Of a stretch of 64,000 bases of DNA, positions 1 to 12,091 are shown in pieces. The notes below the pieces were generated by a model that saw only the letters and a list, made by a program, of their open reading frames with translations, did not search any database and was not told the origin of the DNA. The number at the start of each line of letters is the position of its first letter. Within the stretch, counting starts at the first letter, position 1. The stretch is from Phoronis australis (Eukaryota > Animalia > Phoronida), in assembly GCA_002633005.1 (NCBI GenBank), contig NMRA01000282.1:495460-559459 (forward strand). The letters run 5' to 3'. The translations under genes were made by a program, and so were the position numbers.

Positions 1-963
1 TGAATGGTTAAAATTGGTGAATAAAAGATCGACCGCAAAAAAGGTTGGTTAAAATTTAGGTTATTGTACTGACATGTAATTTTATTTAGTGCAGTGAACG
101 TGATTATTTGAGTGAAGTAAACAAGTTTCCTCGTGTTGGCAAGATCACGCCTACGCGATCTTGTCCATTAATAAGGATTCCAAGTTCACGCACAGCATAA
201 ACACGTGTATCTCATGTGTAAGCCGGTGTACCGGCGTATAGGCATACATTGAAGTCCGCGTATCGTTTGGCTAAATTTCTCAGTTTTTCATTGAACAAGT
301 TGCCTCAGCGCTCTCTCAATGTCGTTATGATTGTACTTGCATCTTTTTGTATTTGTTGTTTACAAAACCTTCAAATATAAACCTTTAAATATTCTTTACC
401 AATTACCTCAGCTCAAACAAAGCTGAAGGTCCAGATCTGTNTCGGCTGCTTTTGTCGGTAAAAGGACCACATCGTCGGAAATTCGAGCCCCCCCATATTA
501 AAGGCTGGGTGCGCGCAGGATATGTGAATGGTTAAAATTGGTGAATAAAAGATCGACCGCAAAAAGGTTGGTTCAAATTTAGGTTATTATACTGACATGC
601 AATTTTATTTAGTGCAGTGAACGTGATTATTTGAGTGAAGTAAACAAGTTTCCTCGTGTTGGCAAGATCACGCCTACTCGATCTTGTCCATTAATAAGGA
701 TTCCAAGTTCACGCACAGCATAAACACGTGTATCTCATGTGTAAGCCGGTGTACCGGCGTATAGGCATACATTGAAGTCCGCGTATCGTTTGGCTAAATT
801 TCTCAGTTTTTCATTGAACAAGTTGCCTCAGCGCTCTCTCAATGTCGTTATGATTGTACTTGCATGTTTTTATATTTGTTATTTACAAAACCTTCAAATA
901 TAAACTTTTAAATATTCTTTACCAATTACCTCAGCTCAAACAAAGCTGAAGGTCCAGATCTGT
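1..963. repeat. Near-identical direct duplication (1-440 vs 524-963) across an N join; probable assembly overlap or second haplotype
   Basis: Sequence 1-440 recurs at 524-963 with few differences; single N at 441. Confidence 0.8.
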
Positions 964-1752
964 CTCTTGAACATGAATCTAAATAAATTCCTGGTGTGAC
1001 GGCAAAATATTTGTTGAGTGTGCTAGTGCTTGCTGAATCAAGTTCCGTTGGGTATTTAAGGAACCATGCGAACTTAACAGGTTATATTTCGCTTCTTTAC
1101 CTTTACCCTACGACAATGACGATTCTACTTTAATTACTATTTCCAACAGGATGTTACATTTATTATTTTTTATTAATTTATTTTGGTAATTTATTCGTTG
1201 TTGTTTATCTTGTGTAATTCCTTTAAAGTGACATTATTTTGGCGAGAAAAAGAATTTTCTGACATGAGCCTCAGCGCAGAATGATACTCTCGTGTCCGAC
1301 TAAACGCTCTCACTAACGGGTATTGACTGAGCTCAATCCCCCTCAGTCGTACATGTTCGCTATATTGCCGTTGGGGTGTATATATGTTATCCTCTGCTTA
1401 TTTCATGCGTCACTTTTACTTTCGTGTTTGTACATTCATATTATATCTGCCAAATAAATCTACCTACCTATCTATCTATTTATCTGTCTATTTATTTATA
1501 ACTTTGTAGACTAACTAAATATGCATTTTCTGGGAAATGCGACAATCCCAAAATTCAAAATTTTTATGCTGGCATAGAGATGTAGCGAGGTGCGTTTCAA
1601 AACCGAGAAGTAGTGAAGAAATCTTAAGGGGCAAAACGGTGTACTCTTGAGTAGTCTCTCAAAATCAAGGCGACTGTTGCCTTGAGCCTTTTATGACTTG
1701 GACTTGTCTAGTGCGCCCACGAAGGGCCCCGCCTTGCAGTTACAGTTATATG

Positions 1753-2203
1753 CGTCAGGAGTGGACTGACAATGTTTTAGCTTTATTATTTTGTTCTATT
1801 GTTCTGTTTGTGTTCTAGCACTAGCAGATGGATATTGTGGCATGACCCCTAAGGTCAGGTCAGAGATGATGTTACTTTTTTACCAAAGAATAGTTTGGAA
1901 TATTCTAGAAGAATCTAGCATGTAAGTGATTAATGTAATCTGGAACATTCTAGATCCTAGTATATGTTTGTAGAATGAGTGGGTAGATTCAGGAAAGCTC
2001 TAGAATGTGCTTGAATTGGTGAAAAGTTCTAGAATACTGCATGAGGCTATATATACCCAAACACATGTTTGTGACAGTCAGTTAAAAGTTGGAAATCAGT
2101 TTGTTAGGCCTACAAGGGAGTTACAGTTGACTTGCACTGAAGAGAATCAGTAGTTACAGCGACTGCTACAAAGACAGCAGGTTATTGAATTAGCGAGTGT
2201 AAA
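1753..2203 (+). mobile_element. Truncated Gypsy-type LTR fragment (same family as 30438-32625 and 59479-60206)
   Basis: Starts (c)gtcaggagtggactgaca, the reverse complement of the LTR end at 32607-32625; shares the ttctagaa-rich body and TATA-like tatatata; absent from the paralogous block at ~39905-40290. Confidence 0.7.
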
Positions 2204-2424
2204 AGTTTATTAAAACCTGACACTTGCAAAACAGCAATCTTTCAACCGGGTGAGTGGTTATCAGCACAATAAATAACTCCAAAATAGATGCTAGATTTAT
2301 AGGAGCATTTTTCAAAGTCCTCGTTGATGAGGTACTCAGTTTTCCGTCCCGGGAATGTCGCACCAGAAAAGTTTTCAACAAATTTGTTTCAACCATGTTT
2401 TCTTGGAATTCCTTATTTGTAGCA

Positions 2425-2544
2425 TGGTTAGGTGACTAGACTACTTGGCTTCCACTTAACTGTCAATACTAAGGACAGTCCATATGGTTAGGTGACTAGA
2501 CTACTTGGCTTCCACTTAACTGCCAACACTAAGGTCAGTCCATA
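2425..2544. repeat. 60-bp tandem duplication (2 copies)
   Basis: atggttaggtgactagactacttggcttccacttaactg... at 2425 and 2485; single copy in paralog near 40520. Confidence 0.85.
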
Positions 2545-2729
2545 CAAATTAGGCCTCATGATTTTTATCGGTCACATATAGACCGGGATCCCAGAGCTTT
2601 TTTGGGCATGAAAAGGTAACCAATTTTATTTGATGCCAAAGTACTCTGTAGGTATCCTGATGCTTGGAAATGGCCGTCTGGCAGGTTCGCTCTAGTGGGT
2701 GTGGTCAGGGGAGCCAAGAGAATTACACT

Positions 2730-3455
2730 CAAAAATTGAGCTAGATCAACGTTTCTGGTAACCACTTAAAACTGCCTTCAATACCTGCTACGTCATCCAT
2801 TGTATCAAAATTGGTCACTGCCAGACAATTTCAGTGGTGGGGAGTACCCGCCAGACGGACATATACAGGGTACAAAAATTGAGCTAGATCAATCCAAGAG
2901 GTAACCGCTTGAAACCAATCGCAAAATATTCACCGTAAGCTCAGGTATCACGAATAAACACTGCCAGACAAATCTAGTGGTGGGTTACCCCCGCCAGACA
3001 CGCCCAAATACCTGAATTGAGCTAGATCAACCCATCAGGTAACCGTTTGAAACCAATTGCACAATGTTCAGCATCACTGAACATGGCACAACAGTTAGAT
3101 GCCAGACAATTTCAGTGGTGGGGTGCCCCTGCCAGACGATTATCAAAAAGGGTTAAAAATTGAGCTAGATCAACCCAAGAGGTAACCGCCTAAAACCAGT
3201 TCCAAAATATTCACCGCAAGCCCAGGTATCACGAATGAACACTGCCAGACAAATCTAGTGGTGGGTTAGCTCCGCCAGACACACCCAAATACATGAATTG
3301 AGCTAGATCAACCCAAGAGGCAACCACATAAAACCAGTTGCAAAATATTTGCCGTAAGCCCAGGTATTAAGAATAAATACTGCCAGACAAATCTAGTGGT
3401 GGGTTATCTCCGCCAGACACGCCCAAGTACCTGAGTTGAGCTAGATCAACCCAAT
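2730..3455. repeat. ~140-bp tandem repeat array inside the Academ TIR (6 units)
   Basis: gagctagatcaa at 2738, 2881, 3019, 3162, 3300, 3438 (spacing 138-143); inverted copies at 7100-7840, 16960-17540 and 21460-22180, direct copies at 8060-8640. Confidence 0.9.
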
Positions 3456-3721
3456 CGCCCGATCTTCAGCATCATTGCACGTGGCAAAACAGTAAGATGC
3501 CTCCATCAGACAACTAAAATTAGGAAGTAATGTGGTCCAAAAAGAGAACATTCTCGCGTTATTTCCTGCCGAAGTTTCAAATCAGCCATGCTTAAATGAG
3601 TGATTACACCTCATTGCATACTCAGACGGAAATATGAAGTCTAGTTGGCGAATGACTTAACAAAATTGTATATCTGGTTGTATTTTAGCGTGTTACTTAA
3701 GTTGCTTACATTCCTGGAAAT

Positions 3722-4856
3722 GGGGACATCCTACTATTTCGAAAGTTTACTACTCGGAAGGTTCAGTGACTATTCCGAAGGTTCACTACTTCAACGATTC
3801 ACCACTCCGAAGATTCACCGCTCCAAACATATCTAAACTTTCAGACTCAGATGTAATTTTTGAACTTTTGCATGCTAAAATAAACGATATTTTGGCTATT
3901 AGATGCACCTATACCGAAAACAACGCCCGGGCACTAAAACACCTTGGGTTTTATGTAGACAATGACCACCGTCTCCAGCTGGCAAGCACAACTAGAAACG
4001 GTAGTCAGATTTCATGTGCATGCGAAATTGCCCGCATGTCTTAAAATGAGCACGCACTTGCATTTTAAAATGATAAGAAGTAGGAATACTGATGAATCAT
4101 CAGCCATGACACAATTCATCAAATTCATGTCAAGATCGAATCGTAGCGAGACGCACACTGCCGGGTCGAAACTAAATAATGTTACTAGGCCACCCTGTCC
4201 CTGCCAGTCCTCATGAAGTCGGGGAGTCCCATTTAGTCTTCTTAAGTTTGAAACCGCCGTTGGTGGCCGTAGCCGTGCCCCAGATGTTGTCTCTACTTGA
4301 GAATGAGTCGTGATCACACAACCAAAATAATGAACTGTCGAAATTCTGGGCCCAGTCTCGAATCTTTGTACTCGAAATGGACCTCGAAATAATGTTTGGC
4401 ATTTTTTAATCTACTTTTGTGCGAACTCAAGATAAGTGTCCATTACTCAATGCTCGAGTACATAATGACTTACGTAGATGATTGATTAGTCATATTTTGC
4501 AGTTGACAAAACCAACATTAAAGCTAAAAGTTTGAGTTTAAACTCGAAATTTCGAATTTTTACTTGAGTTTGTAGTACGCATATAAGCGTTTTTAAGTGC
4601 AAACTTGGACTAGAAACTCATATGCATGAACTATAATTATTCGAGCACAATCTGAGTTCGCACAAAAGGAGCAGAGAAATTGCCAAAAATAATTTCCAGT
4701 TCGTTTCGAGTACAAAGATTAGAGACCGGGCTCCGGGTTTGGAATAGGGGAAATTCAAAGTAGTGACCTTTAGAAGATAACGAACCTTCGGAGTAATGGG
4801 CATTCTGAGTACTGGACCTTCGGAGTATTGAACCTTCGTCATAATGACATGGAACC
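3722..4856. mobile_element. Non-autonomous DNA transposon (MITE, probably Mutator-like) nested in Academ element 1
   Basis: Flanked by direct repeat cctggaaat (3713-3721 and 4856-4864; 8-9-bp TSD depending on the end call); short subterminal repeats ctattccgaaggttc at the left and inverted gaaccttcggagta at the right. Confidence 0.7.
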
Positions 4857-6269
4857 CTGGAAATCTTTTCCATCTAGTTTGTGGCTAGTGTGAAGTCTGC
4901 AGGGTTGTGCACCATTGACATTGATTGACTAGAGAAGATTTTCATTGACCAAAGTTGAGGTCTATGCCTACGTTTCCATCATAACGTGAAAATGTTCAGC
5001 GGTGTATTCTCAGTACAAGAAAACACATTAGTTGAATGTCTAGCTTTTAGCAAGGCGGAGGACTGACTATAATGACCTTACTGTCAGCATGTTCTGAATT
5101 TAAAGGAACAGAAACGTTCAAACGTGTACACGCATGCATGTCAATCCATCCAACAATCAAAGTGGACACTAGCTGGTTGAACAACATATTTGCAAACTTT
5201 GGCGAACACTTTCAATTCAAAATTTGAAAATGCCTACATTTCTACCGTACTATGGTTGCAATTAAACCAAAAATAGAAGAATAACAAATCTCACTTTTTC
5301 TGCTGTTGTGTTTCTTGGCCGAGTTTAAGGCATTCAAACCGCACTACTTTTTGGGAGTTCTCTCGTTGTTATTTACATTGACAGGAAGCTTACTTAGGTC
5401 TTAGGGCTAGACTTTTATGCTTAGGTATAGACATTCACTTCTGGACTCACTTGTTACCCTTTGTTGTAGCCACCACGCGCGTTGTTTATGAATAACATAA
5501 AGCCTTCTCTTATCGTATGCACGATCCTGTCATGTACACAAACAGCAGCACTCGGGCGAAGTTTGCCGAGTTCGCTCCGACGCCACGTGACGCGGTTTGA
5601 ATCAGAAGCGGATTCAAAATTATTGCTAACTTAGTTATCATTGTACTTAGCACCAGTAGCTGCAACAATTTTGTTGTTATTGTCCAATTAAACCCTATCT
5701 TTAACGAATATGCTGGGGGGGTGGACCTTTTCAGCGGGGTAGGGGTTCGATCGAATCTCCCGAACCCTCCCCCGGCTACGGCCTATGGGCCTGTACCATT
5801 AATAATTAAAGTAAAAAGGTGAAGCATAAACTAGATTGTTTATTTAATTAAACTGCAATTCAGTCACTATTTCCCAAAATATTATACATAGTGGTTGGAT
5901 ACCCCCTTCCCCAATGTGGATGCCCGGTCCGTCGCCACGGTGGCTGAGCACCATACACAACATCTATGGATAATTAATTCGAACGTGTTTTTTATTCACT
6001 ATGAAGACAAATAGCGAACAGTTCCATTGACCGCATATCTGTGTCGTGCCAATGAAATGATTGTCAATCTAACTAAACTAAAAAATAATAGGACTCATTA
6101 TACTCACGAATCAGTTGTGAATAACATGTTCGCAACATGAACAGAATTTTTTATCTACGTTACAGCTTTGATAGTTTCCACGAAATCTAACACGACTATA
6201 CGTACCCAATATCAGGTGGCGCAGAGGTGTTTTCAGCCTTTTTGGAGAACACCATATCAAACATAAAAA

Positions 6270-6600
6270 TACAGACTGTTTCAAAGAGAGGTCAACAGCC
6301 GATCTATTGAAATTCTTTCTCGTACGTAGCACTGAGAACGCACCGTTTTCCAGCGCTTCACGTAATATTGGGTTTGCCAATTTCAACTTTTGATAAAACA
6401 ATGTTCCCCATCCGACGTAGTTTGGGCGGTTCAGGGCAAAGAATGCATTTAGCGTAGACAGAAAAATGTTGATATAGCCACTGACGTCATTGTCCTTGAC
6501 GCATCTCTGGAGTTCTTTGTGGGCTCGGTTTATGAGAAAGACGAAGATTGCCCAAAACTGACCAGTTTTGCCAAACTTGCCATTAGTCACTGTGTGAAAT
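6270..6600 (-). pseudogene. Academ transposase fragment within element 1
   Basis: GKFGKTGQFW...FFALNRPNYVGWG...SAVDLSLKQSV matches element 2 protein at 13745-14070. Confidence 0.85.
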
Positions 6601-9600
6601 GAAGGTAGATGGAGCGCAAACATAACGCAGGCGACAGCAAAAGAGACTTTTTTATTATTATTCCTTTTAGCAGTTGCATCAAATGGCTCGTCCGAAAACA
6701 AAGGAACGCAGTTTAGACTGGTAAGATAGGACAACGAAAAATGGAAATTAGTGAAAACACAATGTGCTATCTGTCTTGGACGGGTTTTTAGGTTTTGTTT
6801 TTAATAGTGAATTATGTGGAGTATTCCGCTGTTTTCACATGGACTTGTGAGGTCGCTCCAACCTCAGGCGCGATTTTTCTGGTTTTCATGCCCTGACATA
6901 AACTTGCATACATAAATCTCACCTTGTGCGGTGACCTATGTCGTACAGACTTAGTGGCTTTATTGAAAAACGAAGTGCCTGGTTCCTGATTGTGATGCTT
7001 ATTCAGCGTGAAGTGGCCTTATAATCAATTTTGTTTCGACTCTTTAGTTGTCTGATGGAGGCATCTTACTGTTTTGCCACGTGCAATGATGCTGAAGATC
7101 GGGCGATTGGTTTCAAGCGGTTTCCTGGTGGGTTGATCTAGCTCAACTCAGGTACTTGGGCGTGTCTGGCGGGGATAACCCACCACTAGATTTGTCTGGC
7201 AGTATTTATTCTTGATACCTGGGCTTACGGCAAATATTTTGCAACTGGTTTCATGCGGTTACCTCTTGGGTTGATCTAGCTCAATTCATGTATTTGGACG
7301 TGTCTGGCGGGGCTAACCCACCACTAGATTTGTCTGTCAGTGTTTATTGGTGATACCTTGACTTACGGTGAATATTTTGGAACTGGTTTTAGACGGTTAC
7401 CTCTTGGGTTGATCTAGCTCAATTTTTAACCCTTTTTGATAATCGTCTGACAGGGGCACCCCACCACTGAAATTGTCTGGCATCTAACTGTTGTGTCATG
7501 TTCAGTGATGCTGAACATCGTGCAGTTGGTTTCAAACGGTTACCTGATGGGTTGATCTAGCTCAGTTTAGGTATTTGGGCGTGTCTGGCGGGGGTAACCC
7601 ACCACTAGATTTGTCTGGCAGTGTTCATTCGTGATACCTGGGCTTAGGGTGAATATTTTGCGACTGGTTTTAAGCGGTTACCTCTTGGATTGATCTAGCT
7701 CAATTTTTGTAACCTGTATATGTTCGTCTCAGTGGCGGGTACTCCCCACCACAGAAATTGTCTGGCAGTGACCAATTTTGATGACGTAGCAGGTATCGAA
7801 GGCAGTTTTAAGTTGTTACCAGAAAAGTTGATCTAGCTCAATTTTTGAGTGTAATTCTCTTGGCTCCCCTGACCACACCCACCAGAGCGAACCTGGGATC
7901 CCGGTCTAGACCGGGATCCCAGAGCTTTTTTGGGCATGAAAAGGTGACCAATTTTCTTTGGTGCCACAGTACTCTGTAGGTATCCTGATGCTTGGAAATG
8001 GCCGTCTGGCAGGTTCGCTCTGGTGGGTGTGGTCAGGGGAGCCAAGAGAATGACACTCGAAAATTGAGCTAGATCAACTTTTCAGATAACCACTTCAAAC
8101 TGCCTTGGATACCTACTACGTAATCCACTGTATCAAAATTGGCCACTGCCAGACAATTTCAGTGGTGGGGACTACCTGCCAGACGAACATTACAGGGTAC
8201 AAAAATTGAGCTTGATCAACCCAAGAGGTAACCGCTTGAAACCAGTCGCAAAATATTCACCGTAAGCCCAGGTATCACGAATGAACACTGCCAGACAAAT
8301 CTAGTGGTGGGTAACGCCCGCCAGACACGCCCAAATACCAGAATTTAGCTAGATCAATCCATCAGGTAACCGTTTGAAACCAATTGCACGATGTTCAGCA
8401 TCACTGAACATGGCACAAAGGTTAGATGCTAGACAATTTCTGCGGTGGGGTGCCCTTGCCAGACGATTATCAAAAAGGGCTAGAATTTAGCTAGATCAAC
8501 CCAAGAGGTAACCGCACGAAACCAGTTGCAAAATATTCACCGTAGCCCCGGGTACCACGAATAAGCACTGCAAGACAAATCTAGTGGTGGGTTAGCCCCG
8601 CCAGACATGCCCAAATACCCGAGTTGAGGTAGATCAACCCACCCTGAGGTAACCGTTTGATAACCAATTGCACTATGTTCAGCATCACTGTAGATGGTAC
8701 GACAGCGAGATGGCAGGAGTAGAAACAAAATTCATTATACGCCCATTTACACTGAATAAGCACCAAGTTGAGGAACCAAGCACTTTTTGCATAAGTTGAG
8801 AGATTTTTGTCTGCAAATTTATGTCAGGGCATGAAAAATCAGAAAAATCGCGCCTGATCAGTTGAAGCGACCTCACAACTCTACGCAACAACAACGGAAT
8901 ACTCCACATAAATTCTAATTCCCAGAACCTAGAAATCCGTCCCATTTTACCAGTCTAAAGTACGTCCCCCTGTTTTCGGACGAATTTTACCCAAATCCAC
9001 ATCTCATTGGGTGTAACTCTTACAACGAGGAATAATCGAAATGGCGTCTTTTGCTGCCGTCTGCGTTATGTATGCACACCAACTACAGCCATTTCCGTTG
9101 CACACGTGCTTAACCACGACGAGCTATTTGACATGGGCGTTGAAAGCTGAAAACAACGGAGGTTTCGGGAGATTCTTGACAATTATCGGTGAGTAGTTTT
9201 CCAATATAATTGTTCATGAGTGTTGATTGCCAAGTAGTAGCGTGATTTCAAACAGGTGGAATACAATTAGAAAGCCCGTAAATCGACCTTCACATGTGCC
9301 CTGTGACATGCACAGTGAAGATAAAAGGAATTGTTAATCAAAATGTGCATTACTTAAGGGGAAGCCATGCGCGGTAAACACATCTAAAATGGCGCAGGTA
9401 TGCTATCTTTTGTGACAAACAGTTGTTTCTCCTTCGAAAACTGTTGTTGACCCCTCGCGACATTCCAGAGGTTCCTGCGTCGCTGTTATTTATTCAGATA
9501 CTTGCGTACGCACATTAGATTCAAATACATGACGAAATGTTTGGCACGACTTCGGTTTTTGCTTATGATACCGACTGAATGTCTGTAGCATACAGTAGCT

Positions 9601-10052
9601 AATGCAAAATTTTCTGTTCATTGCCGGCATCCTGGTAATGGAATATTGGCCTGTAAATACAACCGAGATCAGTGCGTAGTTGTCACGAATGACTACTCCT
9701 CTTTCTGTTAATTTGAATCACGAATCAACAAATGCTTGTTTTACATAACCCATAAATAATTTGCCAATACTGTAGGGAAAGGGATGAAAACGTCATTTTC
9801 ATTTTTGAGCAATGTTTTAACATTTCTGACAGCACTACGCGTAATTCCAGCTTCTTATGAATGAATATCTTTAGGACAATTAACCCCCCACCTTAAATAA
9901 TGGATTCAGACGATGCGAATGAACAAGATCCCGGACTGAAAGACTCGCCTCAAGCCTCAAGCAGTACACTCACTATAAATGACCAGCAGGTAATGAACTT
10001 TTAATTTTTACTATTTAATGAAAGCTCTGTTCGTTCTGACCGTCGTTTCGCT

Positions 10053-10604
10053 GGGTCTGTATCGATGTTTTCCGGTCCCTGATTTAGCTCGTCTCCATAT
10101 GCCACAAATGATATTTTCTCGGGCCTATGTTTCCTAGCGCCGATCCTCTCCCGACCCTATATTCTTACCCAAATCCTATTTTTTCCCAGTCCAGATGTCC
10201 CTATGTTCCCCTGCCCCCATGTTCCCTCGCCCGCACCCATTTTCTGTGTATCGGAAATCAATTCCTTGAGTTGATTACATGATTTATAGATCTTGCGACT
10301 GAAAAGCGCTAGGATTCTGGACAATCATAAACATTATCAAGGTGTGATTTTGTCTACAAACAAACTGGGTTGGTCTGTCATTATCAATAAATTGCTTTAC
10401 TTGCTTTTCTGCAAGCAAATGCTCCCTTTAAACACAGAAATTGAATTAACGTACACCGATATGTGGGTACAAGGCCGGGTAATGTAGGATCAGGGTAACG
10501 TCGGGATGGGGTAACATGGGGACGGGGGAACATTGGGCAACGGAATATTGGTTGGGGAACAGAGGGTCGGGGATTGTAGTGACAGGAGAACAGTGGACAG
10601 ACCG
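10053..10604. mobile_element. Mutator-like MITE with 9-bp TSD in the first intron of the Academ gene
   Basis: GGGTCTGT...ACAGACCG ends; C-rich repeats (ccctatgttccc) at left and G-rich inverse (gggaacatggg) at right; TSD cgtttcgct (10044-10052) / tgtttcgtt (10605-10613). Confidence 0.75.
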
Positions 10605-11314
10605 TGTTTCGTTCTTTAGGGAAAAATGACACTGACATATGTATAAAGAAAACAAAACAACTTAAACCAAATAAACGTTTTTCATTACAGGTTCTTGAAA
10701 GCTAATGTATGCTGCTTCATCTGCCAAACATCGACTGGCGAGGACAGCAAGCTGAAAACTTTCAACGAAAACACTTGGTCAACACTGAAGAACGTCACTA
10801 CTCTACGTAAAAAATTAAAATGTGACAAATACTCCCTTGTTACGCAAAGAATAGCGGAAGCTAGTGAAACAGAATTATATCTTCGCTATCACCCATCGTG
10901 CCACAGAAAATACACTGCTGTAAAACGGCCAAGAGATGGACCGTCAGTTGACGACACAACTCCTAGTAAAATGGCTTGTATTGTTACAAGACCATTGCAG
11001 TCCCCTCCCAAAGTCCGATGATAAGGGCATGATGAAAAATTCTTGCATATTCTGTGGGAAACGCCGAAAGAAGAAGAATGGGCAAGAGGAACCAAGGGTC
11101 AAGATTTTAACACTGTCTGGTTGTCACTCCCTCCGCCAAGCGGCCAAATCATCTAGTAATGAGCACTTAAGAAGCTTGGTTTTCAGTGATGTTGACTTAA
11201 TAGCAAAGGAAGCTGAATACCACAAGTCCTGTCGAGCTCCCTTCACTAAGGAAACTTCTGGTCAGGAAAGTGGAAATATAAGGGATCTACACTACCAAGC
11301 ATTTACGCAAACAC

Positions 11315-12091
11315 ACTTTCAACAGAGAAGCTCGGGAATGGCCTCCTGGAGTATCCCAAGCATTGTGCCGTCAGCAATGGCGTGATCTTGGCGGTATTAA
11401 TGCCATCATTGTAGCAACTGATGGATCCTTCGATGGTGAAACTAATCGTGCGGGATGGGGTTATCAAATACGCTGTGCTAACAACGTCATTGCGGAAGGT
11501 AGTGGCTGCCACCATGTATACACAAACAGTACGCGGATGGAGTTTGAGGCTATACAACGTGCCCTAACCAAGCTGTCACTCCTAGACCTGGAGAATCACA
11601 CCATTATCTTTGCCACCAATTCCATGGCAGTGTTGATGAAAGTTCAATCTGGAAACCTCCCAGCCAACTGGGATGTCTTCCGATCACGCCACCCTCATCA
11701 TGCAGTGATCTGGTCTTTCGTACCTGGCCACGCCGGTCTCTTGATTAATGAGCGTGCAGATTACCTCGCTGGCTCATGCACCACCAACCAACCCCTCTAC
11801 TTATATTCGGCTGACGTTAAGCTGCTGGCCCGCAAACGCAACCTCGAGCAGACTGCATCCCAACTGGCTGAGTTCAATGATGGCAGCCGACTGCTCGAAG
11901 CATGTATTATTTATAGCCATGCTGCGAAGAGTCACAAGAAGAGCCGTGCCCGAGTGCTGTCAAACCAAATGCTTACAGGCAACGTCAGCCCTAGAGTTCT
12001 GCGCCTTCTGCTGTCACGGGGATGGTCTGGGGTGGGGAATAATGCACCAGCATATCCCCAATGATCCTGTCCGTGACAGGTATTACAGGTA
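11315..12091 (+). mobile_element. 5'-truncated non-LTR retrotransposon 3' end carrying an RNase H domain, inserted in the Academ ORF
   Basis: 12-bp TSD ttacgcaaacac (11303-11314 / 12092-12103); (acaggtatt)2 tail; removing it rejoins the transposase frame ...YQAFTQT|RNYIQIE... Confidence 0.9.
11363..12064 (+). CDS. RNase HI domain of the LINE fragment (C-terminal part of ORF2)
   Basis: VATDGS, RMEFEAI, ATNS (expected TDS), WSFVPGHAG, NERADYLA motifs of RNase HI; one catalytic Asp appears as Asn. Confidence 0.85.
   Translation: MCRQQWRDLGGINAIIVATDGSFDGETNRAGWGYQIRCANNVIAEGSGCHHVYTNSTRMEFEAIQRALTKLSLLDLENHTIIFATNSMAVLMKVQSGNLPANWDVFRSRHPHHAVIWSFVPGHAGLLINERADYLAGSCTTNQPLYLYSADVKLLARKRNLEQTASQLAEFNDGSRLLEACIIYSHAAKSHKKSRARVLSNQMLTGNVSPRVLRLLLSRGWSGVGNNAPAYPQ

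Larger units (their letters stand above)
2579..7908 (-). mobile_element. Non-autonomous (internally deleted) Academ DNA transposon, element 1
   Basis: TAG...CTA termini; long TIRs (2579-3518 / 7043-7908) built of ~140-bp repeats. On the minus strand it carries pieces homologous to element 2: 5' subterminal region (7040-6610 ~ 8720-9095), transposase fragment (6600-6270 ~ 13745-14070) and 3' region (6170-5830 ~ 16435-16800). Confidence 0.85.

Noticed and set aside
2730-3455. Regularly spaced palindromic repeat (ttgagctagatcaa every ~140 bp) resembling a CRISPR array
   Set aside because: The intervening sequences are themselves homologous, the array is part of transposon TIRs present in both orientations, there are no cas genes, and the context is eukaryotic.
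4265-5783. ggccgtagcc / ggctacggcc 10-bp inverted pair as TIRs of a hAT-like MITE
   Set aside because: The left motif lies inside and the right motif outside the 3722-4856 MITE, so they cannot nest properly; no TSD found.
6111-6734. 207-aa ORF as a standalone gene
   Set aside because: Chimeric by deletion: non-coding Academ 5' sequence joined (TTTC microhomology) to a transposase fragment; start and stop differ in the other haplotype.
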